From Octopus bimaculoides (lineage: Eukaryota), in the NCBI RefSeq assembly GCF_001194135.2, contig NC_068984.1, positions 98,595,426 to 98,659,425 of the forward strand: a DNA stretch of 64,000 nucleotides. Reading direction: 5' to 3'. The translations under genes were made by a program, and so were the position numbers. Below, piece after piece: positions 39,271 through 50,220 of the stretch (its first letter is position 1; each line of letters starts with the position of its first letter). Below the pieces are notes generated by a model. That model did no database searches. It saw only the letters and a program-made list of their open reading frames with translations, and was not told where the DNA came from.

Positions 39271-39787
39271 CATCCACCAGTTAATTTGGCTGTTATTGCT
39301 AGCAGATCCTATGATCATACAAAGCCAGCACCTTCATTGGTTTAATTATTGTCTTACTGTAGATGTAATGAAATACAATACTTATTGTTTTAGTTAATTG
39401 TAAAAATCATGAAATTTGCAGATATTTAATAAATGAACAAATGTTTCAATTAATTGGAATATAAAGTTGAAGATTTGGAACATAATGAAACAAAAGATTC
39501 TAAAATAAAAGTATTATGGCAGACCATAATTTAAATATCAATACTTAAGAAGGAACTGCTACATCATAGCACTAAGGAAGTCTTACACAGGCTGGTATTA
39601 AGATGGTGAAGACTCTGCTCTTTATATATGGGTATTTTCAATAGTATACAAAATACAACATACCCATTCTAACTCCCTAAAACTCCAAATGTTGTGGTGT
39701 AGGGTTTTAGCTTCAACCAAAGTGATATTTGGTGTCTATTTGAGATGTAGTTGGTGCTAGTTTACAGTGACCTATTACATGTATGTA

Positions 39788-39932
39788 TAGGTGGGCCAAA
39801 TGTCTCACAAAAAATAAGTTCAAATGCTCTGGAGTTATCAAAGACATGCCTCAAAAGTTTTCTAAAATTGAATAAAGCAAATACATTAATGATGAATACA
39901 CACATAGTTGTACATGATGAAGAGAGTGAATA

Positions 39933-40000
<68 letters not shown>

Positions 40001-40080
40001 TATAATAATAACAACAACAACAACAACATAATATGAATAAAATGTTAAATGTTTTGCTGTGTGATTTTTGGCCCACCATG
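39788..40080. mobile_element. Putative Tc1/mariner-type MITE enclosing an (AAT)n tract
   Basis: GGTGGGCCAAA (39790-39800) is a perfect inverted match to TTTGGCCCACC (40067-40077), with weaker extension. Confidence 0.55.
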
Positions 40081-40274
40081 ATAATAACATATNNNNNNNN
40101 NNNNNNNNNNNNNNNNNNNNNNNNNNNNNNNNNNNNNNNNNNNNNNNNNNNNNNNNNNNNNNNNNNNNNNNNNNNNNNNNNNNNNNNNNNNNNNNNNNNN
40201 NNNNNNNNNNNNNNNNNNNNNNNNNNNNNNNNNNNNNNNNNNNNNNNNNNNNNNNNNNNNNNNNNNNNNNNNNN

Positions 40275-41180
40275 CTTAATTTATTCGAAGATATAAAAAA
40301 TCGGGAACTGTTGAAAACAGAATAATATCTGGTGCACCATGCAAGATTTCCCATAAATCTTTAAGAAAAATGAAGCAAGGAATCGAAAAAAATACAATGA
40401 TCACCAGAAAAAAGTTTCAAGAGGATTTTTTAGCTTCAGGGACTAGTGTTACACTACGAACAATCAGCAATGAACTTCATAGGGTTGAACTGAAGTCATG
40501 CTCTCCTAGAAAAACTCCGCTGTTGACTAAAAGGCATAGAGATGCCCATTTAAAATTTGTTTATGAATATAAAGATAAATCTGATACATTCTGGGAAAAT
40601 GTTCTATGGACAGACGAGTTGAAAATTGAATTGTTTGGACGAAATTCGCGTAGCCATGTTTGGAGGAAAGATGGTAGTGCCTATTTGCCGAAAAACACAA
40701 TTCCTACCATAAAGTTTGGAGGTGGCAACATTATGGTGTGGGGGTGTTTCTCTGCAAATGGCACTGGCAATTTACATGTGATAGATGGTAGAATGAATGC
40801 AGAGATGTACCAAAATATTTGGAACAATAACGTATGGGACTCTGTAGAAAAGCTCCAGCTTTGTGAAGGGCGCGTTTTACAACAGGATAATAACCCTAAG
40901 CACATGGTGAAGTCTAACCAAAAACTGGATTGTCAATCACAATATAAAATTATTAGAATGGCCAAGCCAGTCACCTGACTTGAACCCCATTGAAAATTTG
41001 TGGCGTTATTTGAAAATTAAAATTCATTCAAGAGCCCCAGTGTGCATTCCAGATTTGAAGAAAATTTGTCAAGAAGAATGGGAAAAAATTCCTAAAGAAA
41101 GATGCAAGTCATTGATTAAGAACAACAAGAAGAGATTGGTTGAAGTGGAACTGAATAATGGTTATGCTACGAAGTATCAA
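40275..41180 (+). pseudogene. Tc1-family (DD34E) transposase, one frameshift and a read-through stop
   Basis: RRYKKSGTVENR..SGAP, KTPLLTKRH, VLWTDE, GGGNIMVWGCF, QQDNNPKH, WPSQSPDLNPIENLW, GYATKY. D-E spacing is 34 after removing a +1 A near 40918; flanked by gaps. Confidence 0.93.
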
Positions 41181-42031
41181 ATCAGGATTATTGGTTATTT
41201 ATGTTCTGTACGAATACCTTTTTCACCCCTAAATATCTATAATTGTATATAAATTCATTAGTTACTATAATTTATTAGTTTCTTTTGCATATTCTTAGTT
41301 TATGCATGTATATGCAAATATAGTATTGGTATACCCCATTTATGTTCATTAGAAATTAAATAAATNNNNNNNNNNNNNNNNNNNNNNNNNNNNNNNNNNN
41401 NNNNNNNNNNNNNNNNNNNNNNNNNNNNNNNNNNNNNNNNNNNNNNNNNNNNNNNNNNNNNNNNNNNNNNNNNNNNNNNNNNNNNNNNNNNNNNNNNNNN
41501 NNNNNNNNNNNNNNNNNNNNNNNNNNNNNNNNNNNNNNNNNNNNNNNNNNNNNNNNNNNNNNNNNNNNNNNNNNNNNNNNNNNNNNNNNNNNNNNNNNNN
41601 NNNNNNNNNNNNNNNNNNNNNNNNNNNNNNNNNNNNNNNNNNNNNNNNNNNNNNNNNNNNNNNNNNNNNNNNNNNNNNNNNNNNNNNNNNNNNNNNNNNN
41701 NNNNNNNNNNNNNNNNNNNNNNNNNNNNNNNNNNNNNNNNNNNNNNNNNNNNNNNNNNNNNNNNNNNNNNNNNNNNNNNNNNNNNNNNNNNNNNNNNNNN
41801 NNNNNNNNNNNNNNNNNNNNNNNNNNNNNNNNNNNNNNNNNNNNNNNNNNNNNNNNNNNNNNNNNNNNNNNNNNNNNNNNNNNNNNNNNNNNNNNNNNNN
41901 NNNNNNNNNNNNNNNNNNNNNNNNNNNNNNNNNNNNNACCATGGCTACCGAATAATTGTCATATTTTTACAGATAAATTCCTCTATTTACATAATATCGA
42001 GGTCTCTTTCTTTGTTTTGTTGTCTTTTCTA

Positions 42032-42084
<53 letters not shown>

Positions 42085-42200
42085 AAATAAAGAAATGGAG
42101 TTAAACGCAGGTGTTATTCAAATCTTTATACTTCCGATATATGTTTTGAAGAAAACATTGGTATAGTTCATGAAGGAATAAAATGATGGAAAACAATGCA

Positions 42201-42268
42201 ATCAACTGAAACATTGTGTTAACAACAAACAAGATGAGGACAAATATCCGTCAAATGTAAATAATGTA
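42201..42268 (+). repeat. 3' tail of the hammerhead-bearing SINE family
   Basis: GAAACATTGTGTTAACAACAAACAAGATGAGGACAAATATCCGTCAAATGTAAATAATGTA, the reverse complement of 29385-29445. Confidence 0.75.
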
Positions 42269-42485
42269 TGTATATACATATTGATATATATACATATATT
42301 ACATACAAAGATAAGAGGAATGACCAGCAAAAGTGGACTCCTACATACTAGAAATAGATGCCGAATCATCTAACCACGAAAAAAAATGTACCACGAAAAA
42401 ATTGTATGTTCTCAGTAAAAATTCAGCGACACAACAGATTGTAAGAGAGCAAGACAAATGAAAAGATACTAAATAAAAAACGATA

Positions 42486-42556
42486 AACCTACGTACCATG
42501 GTTTCACCTGTTAAAATTTACATAAGTAAATATATGCAGGATCGTCAGTGTAGTCC
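42486..42556 (-). ncRNA. Type I hammerhead ribozyme, copy A
   Basis: GGACTACA-CTGACGA-T-CCTG[..ATTTAC-TTAT-GTAAAT..]CAGG-T-GAA-ACCATGGT-A^CGTAGG. A/C mismatch at the first helix I pair; predicted cleavage 42494/42493. Confidence 0.8.
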
Positions 42557-43023
42557 GTCGATTCGCAATGCAATTTCCAGAACTAGACACAAGACGTCCA
42601 CCCGAAAGGGAGTACGTGTAGAGTTCTACAAATTACATTCAGTGTATCATTTCAAATGTCTTCAATCTGGCGCACTAAGTCCGGAAATAATTCTGCAGTT
42701 AATAAATTTTTGCAGCTAATTTACCGGTATGAGAACATTATTATATAAAATTTATTAATGAGGGTAGAAATTGATATTAATCAATTAAAACCAGTGGTCT
42801 AGCATATTAAAAAAATCCGAAGATTAAAATTATATTACATACAAAGATAAGAGGAATGACCAGCAAAAGTGGACTCCTATATGCTAGAAATAGATGCTGA
42901 ATCATCTAACCACGAAAAAAAATGTACCACGAAAAAAAATGTATGTTCTCAGTAAAAATTCAGCGACACAACAGATTGTAAAAGAGCAAGACAAATGAAA
43001 AAATACTACATAAAAAAACGATT

Positions 43024-43094
43024 AAACTACGTACCATGGTTTCACCTGTTAAAATTTACATAAGTAAATATATGCAGGATCGTCAGCGTAGTCC
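43024..43094 (-). ncRNA. Type I hammerhead ribozyme, copy B
   Basis: GGACTACG-CTGACGA-T-CCTG..CAGG-T-GAA-ACCATGGT-A^CGTAGTTT. 8-bp helix I (6 Watson-Crick plus 2 GU); predicted cleavage 43032/43031. Confidence 0.9.
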
Positions 43095-43864
43095 GTCGAT
43101 TCGCAATGCAATTTCCAGAACTAGACACAAGACGTCCACCCGAAAGGGAGCATGTGTAGAGTTCTACAAATTACATTCAGTGTATCATTTCAAATGTCTT
43201 CAATCTGGTGCGGAAATAATTCTGCAGTTAATAAATTTTTACAGCTAATCTACACGTGCTCCATTTTTTTTCGTGGTTAGATGATTAGGCATCTATTTCT
43301 AGCATATAGGAGTCCACTTTTGCTGGTCATTCCTCTTATCTTTGTATGTAATATAATTTTAATCTTCGGATTTTTTTTAATATGCTAGACCACTGGTTTT
43401 AATTGATTAATATCAATTTCTACCCTCATTAATAAATTTTATTGATATATATATACATATATGTATTGATATATATACCTATATATATAGGTATTGATAT
43501 ATATACATATATATATATGTATTGATATATATACATATATATCATCATCATCATATCAATACATATATATGGGATGTGGGTGGGATGGAGGTGGGATGGC
43601 GGTGAGATGGGCTTATGAGGGTTGAAAATAAAGGGGAAGGAGGAAGTGGGTATGAGAGAAGGGGAAGGTGGGCATGGGAGGAGGGAGAAAAAGAAGAGAG
43701 AGAAAGAGAGTAAGAGAGAGAGTGAGAGAGAGAATAAGAAAGAAGAGAGAAAGAGTAGGGGTACACACACACATGTATAAATATTGATATATATATGCTT
43801 TCGGCGTGAATGGTTTTCAATATGGTGCTGGTTTACAATCCTGTAAATAATAATAATGGTATTT

Positions 43865-44022
43865 TTATATAAGCTTAAAGCTTATGGCAATCACCATGCA
43901 ATGACTAAGGAAAATAATGTAATAAAGGAGCATATAAGCCCTTGACAGAATAAAGAAGGCTTTCCTATCTGCATAGGAGTCGAACCCACATCCCTTTGTT
44001 AAAGCAACTAAGTGTGTTACCA
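43865..44022 (-). mobile_element. tRNA-like SINE head remnant
   Basis: GGTAACACACTTAGTTGCTTTAACAAAGGGATGTGGGTTCGACTCC with B box GTTCGACTCC; no tRNA cloverleaf. Confidence 0.45.
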
Positions 44023-44565
44023 TATATATATATATATATATATTGATATATATATATATGTGTATATATANNNNNNNNNNTATATGTATATATATATATA
44101 CATGTAGATGTAGGTATGTACATATATGTACGTATATATGCATACACTCATATATTATATGTATATATATATATCTATATTGACATATATATTAATATAT
44201 ATAAACACATACACACATGCACAGACACACATTCATATACATATACATACACACACCTACATACTTGCATGTATCCACATAGAGACACCCCCCCCACACA
44301 CACACAGAAACACCCCTCACCCACACACAACCATATATATCCATTATCGTTATCAAAAGTAAATGACTTAACTACACTTTCATAATGACATTTTGTCTTC
44401 TGGGAAATTATTTTCTGCTTGTTTACTATTACTTTGGTTATTATATTAGGAGGCCTACAATATACTAGCACAGTATCTGCCCAATCTGATGGGATTTATT
44501 TTTGTCTCCTTTCAGTAATTCTTTATTTTTCTGCTTCCAGCTATGTACATAAAATTGTAAGTATA

Positions 44566-45129
44566 CAGGAATGCCTCAATATACAAGCAAATTTGTTCTC
44601 AGAGACTGCTCGTAAAGCAAAAACTCATAAAGCAGAGCAATAATTTCCTGTAGTAGCAATGCTGTAAATCATAATTCGTTCCTAGAAAAGTATTTTACCT
44701 ATAAAATTTTTAATACTTCTAAATAAACACCAATAAAACAACAGTAGAAAGTAATGAATTTTTTACGTAATGTAAAAAGAATATCAAGATCTTTTATTAT
44801 AAAAAATATTATAATAATCGTTTTCTGAATCACTTTAACTCGCACTAGACTCACACACACCATCACTTACAGATGTGATCGCTGATTCACAAACATTTGT
44901 AGATGAACTTGTAGATTTCGTTTTTGAAAACAAGTCTAGAGTTGTTTGCTTAAAAAGAAGCTTTTTTTTTTTTAACTCTATAAATTTTGTCGGCAACATG
45001 CAGAAGCATTTTATATGAAAGTAGAAACTGTTGCACTTCATTCAAAATTTGGATCTTGCACTTGAAAAATAAAACTCGTAAGTCTGGTGTTTTGTAAAGC
45101 AGGTCCTTGTAAAGTGAGGTATTAATCTG
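44566..45129. mobile_element. Tigger/pogo-like non-autonomous element
   Basis: TA-CAGGAATGCCTCAATATACAAG / CTTGTAAAGTGAGGTATTAATCTG imperfect TIRs, repeated CTCGTAAAG subterminal motifs, and minus-strand KKKKLLFKQTTLDLFSK resembling a Tigger C-terminus. Confidence 0.6.
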
Positions 45130-45239
45130 TGTGCATGTGTGTGTGTGTATGTCCATGTATGGTATGACCTTCTGGCTCCACTTTCTGTTGTGAACTACAC
45201 CAACTGCCAGCTGCTTTCTCTCTCTTCCACTTCTCTCAG

Positions 45240-45452
45240 CACTTTTATGTTTCAGTCATTAGACTTGAAGAGCTTTTAGTCAAATGAATCGGACCCCTCC
45301 ACCCACCGCAACAGTACTTATTCTTTTCTTCTTTTAAGCCTGGTACTTATTCTATCAGAGTTATTTTGCTGAACCGCTAAGTTATGGGGACATAAACAAA
45401 CCAACACTAGTTCTAAAGTTGTGTTGGGGGGCAAACACAGACATAAAGATAA

Positions 45453-45483
<31 letters not shown>

Positions 45484-45690
45484 CACACACACACACGCAC
45501 ACACACACACACACACGCACACACACACACGCACACACAATGGGCTTCTTTCAGTTTTTTATCTACCAAATCTACATACAAGGCTTTGATTGGCCTGAAG
45601 CTATATAGTTGAGGAGACTTGCCCAAAGTGCAATGGAACTGAACCCAGAACAATGTGGTTGGGAAGCAAGCTTCTTACCACACAACAAGA
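45240..45690 (-). mobile_element. SINE family A, full length
   Basis: Reverse complement of the family consensus, with a central (CA)n. Confidence 0.85.
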
Positions 45691-46039
45691 ATTTCTTTCA
45701 CTTATGAAACAACAAATGATATCAGTCACTCCCAGAAACATGCATAGACAACATCCATTTCAGTAATATAGGTACATGCATGGCTGTGGGTTTATAAGTT
45801 TGCTTCCCAGTCAGTGGTTCCAGGTTCAAGCTGTGTGACACCTGGGGCAAGAGCCTTCTACTATAGCTTCACCACTGTGCTTGATAAGCTGTGTTGGTTT
45901 GTTTATGTCTCCGTTGATTAACAGTTCATTAAAAGAAATCAGGCTTATAAATAAGTACTGATGGTTGATCTGTTCAACTAAATCCTACAAGGTAGTGCTG
46001 CAGCATGGCTACAACCCAATGCCTGAAGCAAGTAAAAAG

Positions 46040-46288
46040 CAGTCTTCAAAATCATTTGAATGGAAAAAATATGAATTCTGAAGATGAGGTCAGAACAATA
46101 CTAGAGGAGTTTTTTTCATCACTGACAAGTGAGTTTTGGAAGAGAGGCCTTCCAAGTCAACCAGATTGAGGGAAGAACATTGTAGAAAATGAAGGAAATT
46201 ATATTTTAGATTAAAAAATAACTTTGTTTATCTCAATTTTGAAAAATAAAAGAAGTATTAAAAAAAATTGCATTATTTATGGGATGAC

Positions 46289-46293
<5 letters not shown>
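46040..46293 (+). mobile_element. Mariner 3' end with TIR
   Basis: DEVRTILEEFF..EFWKRGL..NIVENEGNYILD*, then GCATTATTTATGGGATGACCCAA-TA(TA)n. Confidence 0.75.
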
Positions 46294-46331
<38 letters not shown>

Positions 46332-46359
46332 AAGATAAGCAACAGGATATCAAGAGGTG

Positions 46360-46447
46360 ATGCAGTACGACTGTTTCAAGTGGCTCTATTTAATTGAATA
46401 ATACAATCATTACATCAATTTACATGTAGGGCTATCCTCAGCTGCAT
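46360..46447 (-). ncRNA. Type I hammerhead ribozyme, intact core, partly decayed helix II
   Basis: ATGCAG-CTGAGGA-T-AG.CCCTA[AATTGA..TCAATT]TAGAGC.CT-T-GAA-ACAGTCGT-A^CTGCAT. Perfect 6-bp helix I; predicted cleavage 46366/46365. Confidence 0.75.
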
Positions 46448-47566
46448 AAATAAATAGTATTTTTAATCAGCTGGACACATATAATTTTACTCAAATTCTG
46501 TAATAGAGCAAGAAGAGGAAAAGAGACCATGTTGCTACTAATGTAGCTAAGAATATACTACACTTCTAAGAACTGTATAAAGTTTGTTAGGGTTAAACCT
46601 TGTAAAGGATTGTGGTTCATTTTTGATTTATTAGTTTTTTTCTATCAACTACCAAATCTAAGGCTAGAGGACAGTGACTGTTTAGAAAGTATGGCAGGAG
46701 TGAGTTGACAGTTTATAGTTGGGTATGGTCATAAATATTGTCAGGATTTTAGGATTTGTTTATGTAACTGTCTATAAAGGAGGCTGGGTAGGGGAAGACC
46801 CCAAATCAAGATGTTAATTACAAGTTAAAAGGGCAAGACGCAAATAAAATATATGATGTTAATACAGAGGAAATTATCATGGGGTACTATGGATGATTGT
46901 ATATAAACAATTTTGTTATGTTGTATGAAGATAAAATTTAAGATTACTAAAAAGGATATTATAACCAGAATAGATAAAATGTGTATATATACCAATTTTC
47001 AACATTAGAAAGGGAATATTACATAGAATTAGTTTAATATTAATTCCTGTACTTAATTATTTACTTATTGGGTGGTTTCTATAAAGATTGCTCTGGGTAT
47101 TTACTTATGGAATACTGGGGCGATAAATCATGTTATCTTTATATTAATTATAAGCTAAGAATCAGAAGAAAATCAGAAAAAATAAGTTGTGCACAGATAC
47201 ATATGCATATTTAACTATTTGCATGCATGCAAATATACACAAATATTTGTACTTTATTTCGGGTATGTTGTAATCACCTCTCATAGACTAGAAAGTTTAC
47301 ATCTCTCTTTAAGAATATTGATAACTTATAAGAGATAAGAAGTTAATAGGTAAAGGTATCAAAATTTCCTGTTGTTGCTTATTTTTTTAAATTTAAATTG
47401 ATGGGTTTGCTGGATGCTTTTCTAGTTGGTATGTTTTCCTGACCAAGTAAGTTTGTAATCCCTCTACTATTTTGATTTTATTCACCTTACTTTGAGTTGT
47501 ACAGATAATACCACACTGACTTGGTGCTTCAACTTAAATACCTAATTCAAATGAATCTCAATTATT

Positions 47567-47603
<37 letters not shown>

Positions 47604-48189
47604 TAGATAGATAAAAGGGGGTCTATTTAATAGATCAAGTCATATCAAAGTGAAACACATCATCGTTTGATGGTCAGACAGAATGGCACAGATCAGCAGA
47701 TAATCCATTGAGTTATTGAAGAGGATTCATCAATGGAGGGAAATTCACTGGTGTTTAGTAATCTGCAAATGCAAGAGTATTCAAAACAGAGTGGAGCTTC
47801 AGTGTGGTGTAATATCATAATAAAAACAGATGAATGGATAATATAATATTGCTACAATGTTCCATTAAAGGCTTTTATTATGACATAACATCATAAATGC
47901 AGGTATAAGATTATGCAATACATTACAATTAATCTCCCATCATTTCAGTGTTTACCATAATGCAAGTAGATGAGTAAATTTATATGCTATCAGACAACAA
48001 GTCCAACAACATATGATGATCCATTTGTCTGTTTTTATTTTATATATATATATATATGATCAAAGAATGAGGTACCTTTTCATAAATCATCTGATGACAC
48101 ACATTTGCACAACTATTTGCATAGCATCTCACCCATAAGGGTCCCATGCACAATAGGTCAAAATGATCATAGTGATTATTCTCTTATCC

Positions 48190-48434
48190 TTTCCTTCTTT
48201 TACTTGTTTCAGTTATTTTGACTGTGGCCATGCTGGAGCACTGCTTTGAAGGGTTTTAGTCAAACAAATGAACCCAAGACTTCTTTTGTTTTTTTTTGAA
48301 AGCTTAATACTTATTCTATCTGCCTGTTTTGCCAAACCAGTAAGTCATGGGAATGTAAGTACACCAACACCAATTGTCAAGCAGTGATGGGGACAAACAT
48401 AGACAGAAAAACACATAGATATATACATCTACAC

Positions 48435-48465
<31 letters not shown>

Positions 48466-48640
48466 TGTATGTATACTGTGGTCTTCTTTCAGTTTCCATC
48501 CACAAAATCCACTCACAAGGCTTTGGTCAGCCTGAAGCTCTAGTGGAAGACACTTGCCCAAGGTGCCATGCAGTAAGACTGAAACCGGAACCATCTGGTT
48601 GGGAAGCAAACTTCTTACTGCACAGCCACGTTTGCACCTG
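48190..48640 (-). mobile_element. SINE family A, full length
   Basis: Reverse complement of the family consensus. Confidence 0.85.
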
Positions 48641-49345
48641 AGAATTAAAGATTCTTGTGAATTTTCTTTTCTTTCTTTTTCTCATATGTTACACACACAC
48701 ACAAACACACACTCATAGATATCTATATATGTGTGTGTGTATGTGTCTGAGCTTGTGCCTTCTTGTTTTGACGTTGTATAATTGTTGAAATCAAATATAA
48801 CTGTCATAGAAACAATATCCTTCATTTCAAAACATCCGTGAAAAGAAGTTCTGCCATGGGGAATATGTTACCTTACCAGGAAACAGGTGAGGGTTCAACT
48901 GTAGAAAATCTGTGTCAACCCATGGAGACATAGGGATTAAACTGATGAAGACGATGATGATAATATAGAGACATACATTCATATATACATACATACATTT
49001 TTTATTAACAATCAAAGTTTGCCAAGTGTAAGCATACAAAATTCTTGGTCCTCAAGTGACTCTGTAACTTCTGCCAATTATTAGTAGAAAAATGTATTTA
49101 TACAAAATGTGTGTGTGTGTGTGTGTGTATATACATACATATACAGGTGCAGGCGTGGCCATGTGGTAAGAAATTTGCTTCTCAACTACATACTTCGGAT
49201 TTCAGTCCCACTGTATATCTTGGGCAAGTGTCATCTACTATAGCCTCAGCCTCACCAAAGCCTTGTGAGTGGATTTAGTAGGCGGAAACTCAAAGATGCC
49301 TATTGTGTATATAAACACACACACGCATGCACACACACACGCGCG

Positions 49346-49383
<38 letters not shown>

Positions 49384-49972
49384 TTATTTGGTTTTAAATC
49401 TCTGAAAGAGATTCACATAGTAACAGTACTAAACACTAAAGGTTGTTATCACTTTAAGTGGCTGTTCTATGCAGAACAAATGTTACTACATTTTAACCCT
49501 GGGAAAACATCTTTTCCTGTTGGCTATTGACACATAAAACCTGTGTCTGTTTTATTGTGAGCAAGGGAGAAAACCATTCCCTCTCCAGCAAAGCAGAACC
49601 AGTAGACTGATTCTAGGGTTCCTTCTCATCCTCAATACTGGACATTTACCTGCTAGAGATGGCAGCTATTCGTCCTTGCTCACAATATATAAACAAAGAT
49701 CTTGCAACAAGCTAAAGTAGCTGGTTTTAAATTCCTGAAAGAAATTCACATAGCAACCATAGTAAACAGTTTTGTGAAAGTGATGCACGGAACAGTCAAG
49801 TAAAAGTGATAACAGCCTTTACTGTTTAGTACTGTTACTATATGAATCTCTTTGTAATGAACAGATAATATCCTAAATGTTAGGGATGAAACCTTCTTTC
49901 ACTGCATACATAAGCAATATTTCACACTTAGACACTTCAAAGAGGAACCACCACCTACACTGTTCACCTCAT

Positions 49973-50110
49973 CAGGATAGTTTCCTTCCCTGAACGTGAA
50001 AATTGAATATATACAACACATGAACTCTACACATAGAAGAAACATGCCTTCCTGACGTAGTACATCAGCACACAAGCACTTGAACATCTCATATACCCAG
50101 AATATAATGT
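49973..50110. repeat. Unclassified dispersed repeat, copy 2
   Basis: Matches 7940-8075. Confidence 0.75.
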
Positions 50111-50184
50111 AATATGTTTAAAAAAGCATATTACTCCACTACGTGGTTGGGAAGCAAGCTTCTTACCACACAGCAATGCCTGCA

Positions 50185-50220
<36 letters not shown>

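Larger units (their letters stand above)
42297..43440 (-). mobile_element. Tandem 536-538-bp hammerhead-containing repeat with 5' inverted arm (retrozyme/PLE pLTR-like)
   Basis: Unit A 42297-42833 and unit B 42834-43250 are near identical; 43262-43440 is an inverted copy of 42747-42924; each unit carries a hammerhead. Confidence 0.8.

Noticed and set aside
42498-43248. Duplicated 70-73 aa plus-strand ORFs (MVSPVKIYISK...)
   Set aside because: They are antisense to the hammerheads and start inside the ACCATGGT palindrome; there is no coding signature, and the duplication is explained by the tandem repeat.
46500-47150. Penelope ORF upstream of the 46.4 kb hammerhead
   Set aside because: All frames are riddled with stops and no PLE motif was recognisable; weak resemblance to a CR1/L2 3' end only.
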